64,000 nucleotides of DNA, from positions 110,362,001 through 110,426,000 of the forward strand of contig NC_087436.1 in NCBI RefSeq assembly GCF_036321535.1. The letters run 5' to 3'. Position 1 is the stretch's first letter, and each line of letters begins with the position of its first letter. This document shows positions 12,187 to 25,290 of this stretch, one piece after another. The position numbers and the translations under genes are program-made. The notes under the pieces were generated by a model. It searched no databases and was not told the origin of the DNA. It worked only from the letters and a program-made list of their open reading frames with translations. This DNA comes from Camelus dromedarius (taxonomy: Eukaryota).

Positions 12187-13839
12187 TCCTTTAGCAAAAA
12201 ATTACAAGAAAATGAAAGGAAAACAATTCTTGTTAGAGACCTGATATAACTGGCAGCCCAGGGCTGCTCTCTTTTCCCGCGTTTCTGTTTTGCCTGAAGC
12301 TAACTCCAACTGAGTAAGGACCCCTGTGCACGCTAAAAAAAAAAACTAATCCTTTCTGATTATAATCAAACAAAAACATTTCATATGTGAGATTTTAGCA
12401 ACCACTAGGTAACAAGTATGCCCTTTCTGTGAATGAGACCATCCAAAATCCCAGACAAGTTTCCTAATGGACTTGATATCCATGTATTAAAAACAATGCC
12501 TTGGACTCAGCCCAGTGGCTCTGCCCAGGGAACTTCGACTTCACCCAAAGGAGACATGCTGCCTAAAGGGAACTTTCCTCCCTCTTTTCTTTCTTCTGTC
12601 TTTTCTTTAAAAAGCAAATTCCTGCAGGCCCCTGTTCAGCCTAGAGGCATTCATCTGATGCCTCCTGGGGAGAAAGAGGAAAACAAACCATCTCCCCTTG
12701 CCCTGGGGGGGTTCCCTAAGGCGATCAGGGGCTAACTGGGCTTGGGAGGGTGAGAGAGGGAGGCCCAGCTGTGTGGTTTCATAACATCCAGCAGGGAGAC
12801 CACCAGAGAGCTTGGAAGCTGGTGCGCAGGGGGACCTGAGAGAAGACAAGAAAGAGTTGAGCTGGAGGAGACAGGAGAGCAGAGGTCTGGGGTTGGAGTT
12901 CCTGTCTTTGCATTTCTTTTGAAAGAAAAATAGTGAACATTCAGGAAAAGGGGCCAGCCTACAGGCTGAGAAATCCCACTTCATGTTTACTTACTCTGCC
13001 TTTTGGTTTTGTGTTCATTACCTGTCTCAATACAATGGAGAGGGTGAGTCCACCTGCATCCTGACAGTTTGTACACATTTAACTCAGTGTAACCCATGCC
13101 AGCTTTCTCACCGGATGTGGAAAGCCAAGACCTTCCCATTTGACAAGGCTCCTGATATACTATAAAATAAAGAAATTACAAAATCAAATTATGAAATGGA
13201 CTCTATTTTTAATGCTCACATTTAATAACTGAAGTGATGTAACGAGCACCTCTTCCAAAATTAACTAAGTAGACACAAATTGGGAGTGTCTGTTTAACGT
13301 CATTTGCAAATACTGCCCAAGCAGACAAAAGGAGACTTGGGCAATTAAGTCTCCTGTCTTCCTGCTCCAGGTGCACAGAACTAACCTCCCTCCACTCCTC
13401 ACTACCATACTGAGCCCCTGAATCCAGGCACCAGAGAAGTCTCACTCAGCTGAGTCACAGAGAAGTCCCTGTTGGGGTCAGTGGAGGGGGGATTACCCTA
13501 AGTGCTCTGGGTGACGTGCTGGTGAGCGATGGTGCTTCCATCCTGTCAGATGTCAGGAAGCTGCTCATCACCCTCCAACTGAGAAAGTCACTTTGCAGTA
13601 ACCTTGTGGTCTCACAATGCAGGGCTCCTACCGGATAGGACCAGTTACTCTAGGAGAATTTCAAAGCCAACCCCAAGTGTTGCCCTTCATGCTGTAGAGT
13701 TAAATTAATTACAGTAAAGCCCACTCACAAATGTAAATGCACACTCTTTTTTGCTCACACAAAGGTGATATGAAAAACAGAGATACCTGACCTTTGCTGA
13801 GCTGCGTCCCAGGCACCATGCTGCTACCGGCCAGCAGAG

Positions 13840-14090
13840 CTGCTTAGAGGAGCAGTGGAAGATGTGAACTCTGGCGCCTAAGCGCCCTGGTGCCCATCTG
13901 GGTACCAAATCCCACTCCGTCACTTGTTATTTGTATTCCATCACTTTAGATCTTGTTTTCTCATCTGCAAAAGAGATCATTGCAGCCCTTCTTGGTTGGG
14001 GTGGTCAGGAGGACTGAATGACGTAGTTCGTGTGAAAGTACCTAGGAGAATGCCAGGTGCGTGATGAGCACTGACTGAGAGGTAGTTGTT
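13840..14090 (+). mobile_element. MIR SINE
   Basis: gtaccaaatcccactccgtcactt...ttttctcatctgcaaaa...tgaaagtacctaggagaatgccaggtgc. Confidence 0.75.
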
Positions 14091-14099
14091 ACAGTGACA

Positions 14100-14275
14100 T
14101 ATTCACTCCTCACCACAACTTTAGGCAATATCTATTATTGCTCTGTTTTACGAGTGTAGCTGAGACTCAGGTCAGCTAAGGAAGTTGCCTAAGTTACATA
14201 ATGTATGCAAAGCCAGGTAGAGGTTCAAACTCAATTCTGTTAGATTCAAATGTCTGCTAAACTGATTATCTTTTA
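14100..14275 (-). mobile_element. MIR SINE
   Basis: ctgttttacgagtgtagctgagactcag...aagttgcctaagttaca. Confidence 0.7.
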
Positions 14276-15559
14276 CTATCTCATACTACTGACACCCTCA
14301 AAGAAGAATTTGGAATGGATGTAAAAAGTAAAGTATAAAAAAATGCAATACGCATTTTTCACTTTTTTGGAGAAGACAGGAATAGAGGAAGCTGAACAGT
14401 TTATTTTACTTTCTCTTCATCAGTACCCTTTCTGTCTCCATTGTCTCTTTATCTTTCTTCGGACTTCTCCTTTCTCACTAATGATAGAATGATCTGACAT
14501 AACACAAAATGCAAATTATATGATATTGCCTTAAATTGTACCAGTTCATTTGGCTCACCATGAGCATTCATTACAGCTAATTATTGTAACAGATTTTTAT
14601 TATTCATAATTATTTTTTCATGTTGTAATGATCATAAATTTTAAAAATTCTGGCCATCATGAGTCACCATTCATGCTTGTCAGGGATTTTTTTTTTCTTT
14701 TTCTCCTTACAGAACATTTAGATGCTCATTATCATCAATATATTTGTAGGTTGTTATTATTCACATCCAATAAAACCCTTTTGGGGTATGCAGAGTGACT
14801 TCTGAAACACAGTAATTCTCAGACCTAATGACAAACTGATGCTCTGCTTAATTTTAGAAAATCAAATTAACTACCTCTGATAAAATGTACAGCAAATTTC
14901 ACTGTGTTCACTGTGTCAGGTTCATGACTCCAGGCAGAAAGATACGTTTCCTTAGCTCATCACTATGCAAAAAACATTTTTTTCAAGATCATCTTCCAAA
15001 ACTAGTATATTAGACAAATGCAAGCATTTTCTGGGAATGGGGGAAATGATTAGAAAAAAAAAATCCTCTGTTAGTTAGGAAACTGCATTTACACCACTAG
15101 TGATTAGAATCAGGATGTAGTAGATGCAAATCTCAGGCCACGTGCAACAAATATATTATCATTTTCATTAGATTAATTTAGTTTTGATTAATTGCCTTAT
15201 TCCTTGTCTATCTCATGACAATTTCTGCTATTCTTGCACATACTTGAGGTGTCAAGGGCACCTGAAGGGCAACTTGACATTGTGCTGAGAACAGGGATCT
15301 AGTCAATGCTGAGGTATCAGTTGGGCATCTTTGGTGGTGCCCTCACTCCTTCCAGTTCAGATGCCCGCTGTCCCTCCTTGAATGATTCCATCTGTTTGGT
15401 TCCTCTGCCATGTCTGGCACAGGAATCTTTGACTGAGTTGTAAATCCAGGGCAAAGGATCCTCTCTCCCTGGTGCCCCTCTTGGCCAGTCCTTCCCAGGT
15501 GCTGCCACATCCTCAGGTGCTATCTTAGAGAGTACAAAATCCCCCTTTCAGTTCAACCT

Positions 15560-16000
15560 GCAGCATTCACTTCTCCACACTTTGTGTGCAGGAACTCCCT
15601 GAGAGGCAATCTCTTTTCTATCTATACTCATTTTACGAGCTCTCTTCCAGGTACAAGGCATTAAGTAGCACCCAGATGCTCATGGTTCCCAAATGTGAAT
15701 CAAGCTCTGATCTACTCCTTGAACTCCAGACTCTACACTATCTCAATATCTATTCTTATACATCTGATAAACATTCCACATGTTGTATGGCTAAACAAAA
15801 ATATGGATTAGTTTCCCCAAACCTGCTTCTTTAGAGTTTCCCCATTTCCATAAATGGCACTCTTGTCCACTTGCTCACTCATTTAGGCCTGAGAGTCATC
15901 TTTGATTCCCACTGCTCAGCAATCTCTCAGCAAATCCTAACAACACTATCTCCAGAATATGACCAGCATCTGATGATTTCTCACCATCATCACTGCCCAG
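15560..16000 (+). mobile_element. L2 LINE fragment
   Basis: ctcttgaactccagactc-like motif, ttccccatttccataaatggca, gagagtcatctttgattcc. Confidence 0.75.
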
Positions 16001-16214
16001 CAATTTGTGGTTTCACAGACACTCCAGGTGACTCTGAAAAAAGCGAAATTTTAGGAGCCACTGATACAGAGAACATGGGCAGGTAACACCTGGATTACTA
16101 TTACCAGTGTTGACCTCAGGGCACAGTGTGAGCCCTTGGTGAGTATGATTGGATCAGGAAGAGCTGTAGAGCTGTGCACACAACAGAAAGCCTCTAGGGT
16201 TCTTTTCCCTTAGA

Positions 16215-16395
16215 TCCTTGCTTTACAAAGTGTCCGCAGTAACAGTGCGATTGGCATCCAGCACCATCCTGGAACTTGCTGGAAGCACAGAATCTCAGGT
16301 CTTACAGCCCATTCCAGGTCTCTTGAGTCAGGATCTTTATTTTAACTAGATATCCCATTGGTTAAACTGTATATTAAAGTTTAGGAAGCACTGCT
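16215..16395. mobile_element. hAT-Charlie MITE, MER5A-like
   Basis: gcatccagcaccatcctggaacttgctggaagcacagaatctcagg...tttttaactagatatcc...taaagtttaggaagcactg. Confidence 0.75.
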
Positions 16396-18249
16396 GTAAG
16401 TCACGCTTTGATTTCTGACCTCAAAATCAATGCTTGCTCAACTATAATCATTTAAATATCTTCCACACACATTTTCTCCTATCCCCGTGCATCACAGTTA
16501 CTGTTATTTACTGAAAATTTCCATAGGAATCCAACTCACAACTTTAACAGAAATAAATTGGTTCATGGATTAAACTTTATACCAATTGCACTGGAGAAAA
16601 AGCAGCTCAATATGCAACAAGGAGAGAATACACATAAAAATATAATGAAAAGTAAGCAATACTGACAAATTACAGCCAGATACTTTTGGTTGCCACACGT
16701 TCCTGAGTCTGCACTTCCTCTGTGGAAAGAGAAAGGTAAAAGTATTGAAGAAGTATTAGAACCTCTAGCTTCGAACTCCCTCTCTCTAAGCAGGAGGATC
16801 GAAAGACAACTGGAAAGGAATGACCTCATCGCCATGTCACGTACTAGTGTAGAAAGCCTGATTCCTGGAAAATCAGGCATTGTCCAGGTGACGCCCATGC
16901 TGCTGTTCATGGGACCAAGCCTTGAGTAGAGAGTTGGTAGGTATTTCTACATCAATTGAAAGGAAAGACACATAAAGAACTTGCTTAAAGAAAGGCACTG
17001 AGATGAGAGAAGGGAAAGGAGATGGATGAAGCAAGCTTCTGTACGTTCTGCTGCTGAAGTTCCACCTCTCGTCACGGGACACAGCAGCTACAAAGCCTAG
17101 GAGGTGGGTAGGAGGGCAGTAGCATTGATTGGACTTTGGGGAAGAAAGATGAAGCCCTCTCAGGTTTGGAGAGTTTCATCCACAGGTGAACTGGCTGGTC
17201 AACATTTAACACCTAATAGCAGTTAGTTCTAGTGATTTGAGTCCAAAATATCATTAAACATACCCACATACTTCAGTATGTCTTTTCAGGGGGCACCCAC
17301 CTGGCCTCTCAAGCATTTCTCAGACAGAAATTGCCACATGTCCCTGTGAGGGACCCTAGTTGTTGGTAATGCCATTTGTCCTAAGAAGAACTCTAAAGAA
17401 AAGAAACTCTGATCTTCTTAAATATGCTGTCCTCACACTTCAAAAAATAAAAAAGTGAGCCTTGTTTCTGGGTCACCCAAGCCTCTCAAATGAATCTTGT
17501 CTAACCTCTGGGCCTTGGTCCAGTTTCACGCACATTGATTATGCAGCCCATTCGGCATTCGTTCAGAAGACATTACCTGAGCTCTTAGCATGTACACTGG
17601 GTAGGAGAATCGAAGAGTGTAGAGCTGGCTAAGTTCAGATGGGAAGCCTTTCCACCGGTACAGACAGAGAACAGCAATCACATCCCTCAGGTCCACACGG
17701 CTATGCAGCAGCCAGGCAAACCTAGATCTGGCACACTTTGCCAAAATGCAGAAAGCAAAGTCAATTCAGGCCTCCAAATCCATGAGTGATAACGTTTGGC
17801 CACCAATAGGAGTCTAACTAGCCTGTTAATTTTCTCTTCATGGCCTGGAGTCATGATCTTGGGCACAGTCTTTGCCTTGGACAATCATCACAGACTCTAT
17901 TTCCCCAAATTCAAAAATCATTTGTCAGCTCTCAGCCTGTGCCAAGGGATGCCAAAACAAGCCATTTTGATCTCCTCAGGCAGACTGCCAGTCAGCTCAA
18001 CATAAAATAATCAGCCAAATTGATGTTTAACTGAACTGATTAGGTGTTTGGTAGGCTTTTCTTTTTCTTCTCTGAATTGACAGGTCAAATCAGTCAGAAG
18101 GAATTGCCAGCCCTCAGGAGACAAAGCCTAAATTGTTTCTCAGCACTCCTTCCGAGAAAGGGTGAAATCACCCATCACGTAGCGCTGTGACACTTTTGCT
18201 GCGTTGCTAAAGTCAGTTGCAAGAGAAGCATGGAGAAATCAGTTTTATT

Positions 18250-18440
18250 TAGAATTCGTTAGAATTTACTATGCACTAGGCACTTTCTTAAGTATTTTAC
18301 TCAATTTAACTAGTTTATTAGTCTTAACAAACTCCAAGGGACATTATTAACCCCATTTTACAGATAAAGAAACTGATTTATGTGGAAGTTAAGTCACTAA
18401 GTGAGAAGCAGAGAATGGGTGCTGGAGCCATAATCACTCA
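18250..18440 (-). mobile_element. MIR SINE
   Basis: ccccattttacagataaagaaactga core. Confidence 0.75.
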
Positions 18441-18880
18441 AAGTTACCCAGATTCTTGCCACTGTACTGCACATGCAACCTCAGACCCATAGTAGACCAT
18501 GCACCTAAGGTCACAGAGGCCACTTTGGACATCCAGAGATCTGGAAACACTAACCAGTTGGAAGTCATGGAGCCCAGCAGTGGCCAAGACAGTGAGATAA
18601 TTTCTCAGAAGAGATTTGGTAGGATTACAGTTGCCCTTTTCAGAGATTGACAGGTCATTATTTACAGAATGAATATAATTATTCTGTTTCTGAAATGGCC
18701 AGGCTAGGTCAAATGATGAAAGATGGATATGATATTTCATTCACTCTTCTGTTTAATTTATTTTTTCCTTCCTTCATTCAAAATTACTGTGGGTACAACA
18801 TAGGAGTTAAGAGCACAGTCATCAGAGTCAACAGACTTGGGTGTGGGTGAACCATGCTCTGACGTTTAAAAGCTTCAGTT

Positions 18881-19802
18881 GCCGCATTTTCCATATCTAT
18901 GTATCTACTAAAGGACATTTAGGTTGTTTCCATACCGTCTACTGTGAGTAATGCTGTAATGAAGATGGGTGTGTAGCTATCTCTTCAGGACACTGATTTC
19001 ATTTCCTTGTGATATATGCTCAGAAGTGGGATTGCTGGATCATACAGTAGCTCTATTCTTGATTTTTTGAGAAACCGCCATACTGTTTTCCATGATGCCT
19101 CTACCAGTTTGCATTCCCATTGACAATGAAGAGGGTTCCCCTTTCTCTACATCTTTGCCAACTGTTGTTATCTTTTATATTTTTGATGATAGTCATTCTA
19201 ACAGGTATGAAGTGATATCTCACGGTTTCAATTTGCATTTCCCTGAATATTACTGATGTTGAGCACTTTTTCATATACCTATTGGCCATTTGTATAGCTT
19301 CTTTAGAAAAATGTCTATTCTGATACACACACACACAAAATGGAATATTATCCAATCTTTAAAAAAAGGAAATCCTGTCATTTGTGACAACATGGACAAA
19401 TCTAGAAGGCATTATGCTAAGTAAAATAAGCCAAAGACAGACAAATATGGTATGGTATCCATAGAAACAATAGAATGGTGGTTACCAGGGCCTGGGGGTG
19501 ATGTAAGGCAAAAGGTACAAGCTTTCAATCTTAAGTTCCAAGGATCTGACGTACAACTTGGTGACTATAGTTAATAATACAATATTACAGGCTTGAAAGT
19601 TGCTAAGAGTAGATCTTAAGCATTCTTACCACAAAAAATAAAAAGTTAACTATGCCAATTATGTGAGGCGATGGCTTTGTTAACTATCTTGCTGTTGTAA
19701 TCATTCTACAATGTATATGTATATCAAATCATATTGTACACTTTATATACAGTTAAATTTGTCAACTATTCCTCAATAAAGCTTCAAAACTTAATAAAAT
19801 AT
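18881..19802 (+). mobile_element. 5'-truncated, 5'-inverted L1 (L1MA-type 3' end) inserted in a MIR
   Basis: 18881-19321 is antisense ORF2 C-terminus; 19322-19802 is sense 3' UTR ending ctcaataaagc plus an A-rich tail; degenerate TSD 18868-18880 / 19803-19815; MIR halves at about 18790-18867 and 19830-19950. Confidence 0.9.
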
Positions 19803-20144
19803 AGATGCTTTAGTTTCCATGGGGATGTTATTATATCCTCATTCTCTTTATCCATAAAATGGGTATGACTTGTATTTACCTCATAGCATTGTGAAGATTA
19901 AATAAAATCATTTAAGTAAAATGCCAAATATAATGCTTAATTCTATAGAAGTTAATTTTTAATTTGTTACGGACTTGAAAGGAGATAAGATAAGTAAGAC
20001 ATGCCCCTGCCATTAGGCTGACAGAAAATGCAGTGCTGAACACTGTGATGTGGATCACACAGTGACCTGGGAACACAGAAAACAATTAACAACTTGAGGA
20101 AAGTGGTGAATGTTACAACAAGATGGTAACATCTGTTAGATATT

Positions 20145-20345
20145 AAAATAGATGAATAGCAAGTCTATACGGTATAGCATAGGGAGCTATATTCAATATC
20201 TTATAGTAACCTATAATGAAAAAGAATATCAGAATGAATATATGTATATATATGTATGACTGAACTATTGTGCTGTACACCAGAAATTAACACAACATTG
20301 TAAACTGACTGTACTTTAATTTTTAAAAAATTAAAAAAAAAAACA
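20145..20345 (+). mobile_element. Young L1 3' end (camelid/cetartiodactyl type) with poly(A)
   Basis: gtatagcatagggagctatattcaatatcttatagtaacctataatgaaaaagaatat...cacaacattgtaaactgactgtacttt followed by an A tail. Confidence 0.88.
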
Positions 20346-20809
20346 AATGGACAAAAAAAAGTAAAAAATAGACTAAATAAAAGAAACAGTTTATACTGTA
20401 GTCAAGGTAAATAAAGGCAGCAGAAATACCTTGTGAAAATTCAGGTATGTACTCTGAAGGTGGGTTTGAATGATTGTGGCAGAAATATAGAATTCTTGAT
20501 CAGGTCAAGCTGGGGGAATAAGGAAAGAACACTAACCTGGAACCTTCTAACAGATGGAGCTCCTCAGCAGTGGAATGGGGTAGGCTTCTGCCAGGCTGTC
20601 ATACTTGAGGTGTTAAACAGCAGTTGGATGGCCATCTCTCAAAAAAATGTGGTGAAATGTATCTTTCTTTGGGCACTTGCTTCTCACTTAAGATGTGATC
20701 ACTTAGCCACTTTGAACATTAAGCTTCTTTGCAGGAATAAAAAGGGGATAACATACTCTATAGGAGACTTAGAGCATCTCACATGATTGTGTGTGCAGAA
20801 AGACTTTAA

Positions 20810-21930
20810 AAGATTCATCTACTTATTCAGCAACTTTTTACTGATTGTCTACTACATGCCAGAAGTCGTCTGTGTATTAGGAAAACAACCTTGAACAGAG
20901 TAATATCCCTATGTGGAGGTTACGTTCTAGTGATGGGACACTATCAAAGACAATAAACCCAAACATGTAAATATATATAATGAGTTTTATGGTGCCAAGT
21001 GCTATGGGGGAAATAAAGTAGAAAATGAGGATAGGGAACACTGTGGGGGGGGTTGCAATTTTTCACAGGGTGGTCAAAGAAGTTCTCTGAAAAGGTGAAT
21101 TTTTACCTGCAGACCATGAAATTATGAGCCAGAGAAGAAGCAGACAGAGATACAGGAGGCAATAAGAGAGAATGGATCCTAGGAGCCACATGAAGGCCAT
21201 ATGACCAAGAGGACACTATTATCAATTGTCTTAAATGTTGCTAAGACATGGACTAAAATGATTGTTGGAGTTGACAATGTTAAAGTTCCTGGGGTACGTT
21301 AATTCTAATGAGTTGCTGTAGTGGAATGGTGGGGATAAAATCTGATGGGAGTGGATTCAAGAAAGGGCAGAAGGAGAGGAAAAGAGGGGTAATGAGTATA
21401 AATAACTCTGAGGTTTGCTGTAAAGGGAGCAGAGAAATGGAGCTGTAGCTGAAGAGGAATATGAGGTCAAGAATAGGCTTTTATTTTTTTATTTCTTCTT
21501 CCTTCCTTCCTTCCCCCCTTCCTTTCTTTCCTTCTTTCTCTTTTAAGATGGCAAGTATTACAGCACATTTATATGCTGATATGAATAATCCAGCAAAGAG
21601 GGGAAAATTAACAGTACAGGAAAGAGAGGAGAGGATTGCTGGAACTTTCCCTTAAGTACAGGAGATAAGATGGGATCCAGTGCAGAAGGAGTGGGGCTGG
21701 CTTCAAAGAGAAATGTGGATATTTCATCCCTAGTGATAGGAGGGAATGCAGAGTAAATGAACTCACATCCACTGAAGATGTGATTCTCCCTTTCTGCTTT
21801 CTTTTATGTTTTAATCAAACAAAGCAAGGTTAAGAGCAAAGAATTGGCATGGGGTAGGGAGTAACTGTAGAAAGTGTGAGGAAGAGAGAAGACATAAAAT
21901 AGTCATCTAAGATAGTAGGAGATTGAACGG
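20810..21930 (-). mobile_element. L2 LINE remnant
   Basis: ttattcagcaactttttactgattgtctactacatgccag; gtggaatggtggggataaaatctgat; gctgtaaagggagcagagaaatggagctgtagctg. Confidence 0.75.
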
Positions 21931-21937
21931 TCTGGAA

Positions 21938-22142
21938 CAAGGTCATCAAACTATAGCCAAATCCAGACCACTGTTTGTTTTTGTAAATACTTTAGTTGGA
22001 AGACAGCCATGCCCATTCATTTATGTACTGTCTGTGGCTGCTTTCCCGCTATGATGGCCAAATTGTGACAGAAACCGTATGGCCCCCAAAGCTTAAAATA
22101 CTTTCTATTTGGCCCTTTACAGAAAATATTTGCCAACCTCTG
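21938..22142 (+). mobile_element. hAT-Charlie MITE MER58A
   Basis: Near full-length resemblance (ccaaatcc...gccatgcccattcatttatgtactgtctgtggctgcttt...ggccctttacagaaaatatttgccaacctctg); degenerate 8-bp TSD gtctggaa/gtttagag. Confidence 0.9.
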
Positions 22143-23805
22143 GTTTAGAGAGTTGAGCTGGATTTTGAAGCAGTGTTGAGTCACAAGGTTATAGTCATAA
22201 ATTTGAAGGGAGACTAGCAAACATGGGTGTGTGTACTTGGGGGTGGGAATGAGAAGGAAAATTCTCTGCAGATAACTTCAGCTGTTCAGGTACATGGATA
22301 TAAGAAAAAGAGAGCTGGAATTAACCAGGGTGTGTGTTCAGCCAGGCAAATATAATACAGGGAAAGAATGGTAGAGGGGCTGAGAGGGGATAAAAGGGAT
22401 GAGTGATGGACCTTGGAATCAGTACTGATTAAGTGAGGTCATGAGGGGAAAAGTGGCAGTAAAATGAAGTATCAGTCGATTTTAATTCTTAGTGGGCTTC
22501 AAGAAATATTAAACTTGGGTATTAACAGGAATAAACTAGAGGCATAAGAAGAAAAAAGATGCTTGAAGTGAAAATTATAGAAGAATTGCCAGTTTTGAAA
22601 ATAGAGAAAGGCAAGTGAATCCGTTTGGTAAAGGTGAGGATAAAATAAAGCAAATGTAATATTTGATCTTCAGGAGTATCACATACAAATAAAAAATGTA
22701 AGAGATTATTTCCAATCTTCTAGCCCTGAATTTTGCACATGGTACAGCATTTTAATCTGGGGAGCACAAAACTGGAAAGCGTGAGCAATGAAGAACATCC
22801 CTTGTTTGTCTTGTTTCCAAGAGATCAGTGAAATTGCATTAGAAAGAAAGAAAATCAAAAACAGGTACGAAAAAGTATAGTAGCTTGCAATGTCCTATTA
22901 ATAATTCCATCTCTCCAGGGAAATGGCTCCAACTGAAAGACACTACCCAGGATTACTGTCCCTGGAATGACTTGGATGACAGATAGAAAGCAGGAACTGC
23001 AGATTTCATTATTTCCCCACACTGTTGATGAAATGGAGTACAGGCTGAGTTATGTGAGGTTTTTCAGATCTTTCCAAACTAAACACATTTTGTCAGTTTT
23101 CAAAATCATAAAGAATGACCCATCTTCCTACCCTTACCCCTGACCCTACTTACATAGTTTTTCTTGTTTAATCATTGTGTCTCCTACATCAAACATTTTA
23201 AATGAGGAGATCGCTGGTCTTTGCTGATTTTGTCCATGCTTGCCATCCTTCCTGATCCACCTTCAAAGCCATGGATGCATTCCAAACTGATTAAATGGAT
23301 CACAGCCTTTGAGATGGTCCAAAACCAGCTGGTTTCAGTCAATTGTATTCCTCCCAATTGGCAAGCAATAAATGTAGGATTTTTTTTTTCCTCTGGAGGT
23401 TGACCCTACAGTTGGTGATTGATGACTCGATATTATGCTTTTCAGACTGGAGTAATATCTCACCCCCCGTGAAAGTCCATGAATCTATCTAGATCTTGGG
23501 TTAGCCCATCTGCTCACCACAAAACACTGCATATGAGTTTATTTTTAAGTTCAGTTATATAGTCAAGGAGATATTTACTCATCTATTATGTTCAATATTT
23601 GTGTAATTAATATATATGTTAATACATACATGCACACAAGTCCACTGGTTGTGAGGAAATAGAGATGAAAGGGAAAAATACCTTGTCCAAGAACATAACA
23701 GACTACTGGGAAAACAGAAAAACAGACAATAAAGACTCAATGTAATAAGTAATAGTATAGAACAATCAAGAGGAATATAAAAGAGAGATGCCCAACAGCC
23801 TAGTG

Positions 23806-24031
23806 CAGGGTTTCTCAACCTCAGTACTACTGACATTTTGGACTAGATAATTATTTCTTGTGGGGCTGTTCTCGGTATTGTAGAACATTGAGCAGCATCT
23901 CTGAGCTCTACCTGCTAGACACCAGTCACAACCCACCTGTTCTCCCCATTTTGACAGCCAAAAATGTCTCTAGATATTGTCAATTGTCCCTAAGGGAAGA
24001 AGGAGACAAAAATCACATTTGAGAACTAGTA
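23806..24031 (-). mobile_element. hAT MITE MER20 inside an L2 remnant (about 23570-24260)
   Basis: cagggtttctcaacctcagtactactgacattttggactagataatt...ccaaaaatgtctctagatattg. Confidence 0.9.
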
Positions 24032-24339
24032 AGCTAGGTACTAGAGAAGGTTACCTAGAGGGGGTTATACTAGAGCTAGATTTTTAAGGATAAATAGTCA
24101 TTTCCTCAATAAATAGAATAAAATCTACATTTTTAAGTCAAGGAAACAGCACCTAAAGAGACAGCATATTCAGAAAATTGTAAGTAATTTGATGGGGTTG
24201 CAGCATAGACAGAAAACAAGTCACAGGATAGACTTCAAAGATAGATTGGACCCCAATTAATCAAAACATTCATAACTAGAATATATTTTGGCAGTTACAA
24301 AAACAAAACATATATTATCAGAATTACCTATATAAGTAT

Positions 24340-24575
24340 TGAAATATATAGACATCTGATTTCATTCTTATTGTTTCAGAATCACTGAGAGTAGGGCCCG
24401 AGAATACATATATTTCAAAAGCTCTTAGTTTAGGAAATTCTCAGAGTCTTGTTACTCAAAGTTGGGTACTTACTAGAAATGTAGAATTCCATTGCAAATC
24501 TACAAAATCAGAATCTGCAATTTCACAAGGTCCCCAAGTGACTCCTCATGCATGTTAAAATTAAGATGCACTGCT
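24340..24575. mobile_element. Adjacent MER5-family MITE fragments
   Basis: tcagaatcactgagagtagggccc; aatcagaatctgcaatttcacaaggtccccaagtgactc...gcactg. Confidence 0.65.
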
Positions 24576-25054
24576 CAGGTCTAGAGGAAATCCTTCAAGA
24601 GCACAGAAGTGAGTACTATTAATGACCACTAGAAATATACAGCAGGCTTGTTCAGCACTGTTAATTAAGAAACAAGAGGAAATTACATAAACACATGCAA
24701 CATTAGACCACTCTTTTCCAATTTGCCCCACACGGTAAATTGAAGATTTATTAGTAATACAAAATATGATCAGTTTTCATAAAATCATTTGGGAAAGCAA
24801 GGAAGGGGTGAATGTCACCATTAATCATAAAATAACCATTAATGGCCCTAAATCCAATCCCAATGCAAATCTGCATCTCCCAAGATCTAGAAATGATCTC
24901 AATACTTGAGAGCCAATGAAATGGAAAATTTTGGAAAATGAAAAGAAATAGATATTAATTTTAAGAGCATTTTACATTTGTCATTCCAGATTAACATACT
25001 TTAATTCTAGCCTGAGTTGGAAATTTAACCTACTCATGAATGGAGAGATAGCTG

Positions 25055-25290
25055 ACTATAACAGCTAACAATAATGATCATTTGGAAAACATTTATAAAT
25101 TGCTTAGCACTGACTGTGCTACACTTCACATAAGCAATAATTTGTCATAGGAGTTATTTACTCTAATTCACAGATGAGAAAACTGAGGTGCTGAGGAGAA
25201 ATGTTCATGATGTCACAGCTAATAAGCTGTAGAGTCTAAATGCAATCCCGCATCATCTGGATTCCTATCCCTTGCTCCTGACCATTCTAG
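25055..25290 (-). mobile_element. MIR SINE
   Basis: ttcacagatgagaaaactgagg core. Confidence 0.75.

Noticed and set aside
13840..14275. Inverted MIR pairs (also 58850-59380 and 61080-61410) as dsRNA or miRNA sources
   Set aside because: The copies are too diverged for extended pairing, and this arrangement is common.
19101..19355. L1 ORF2-like ORFs (also 32663-33023 and 55191-55648)
   Set aside because: Disabled fragments of truncated L1 copies, not functional CDS.
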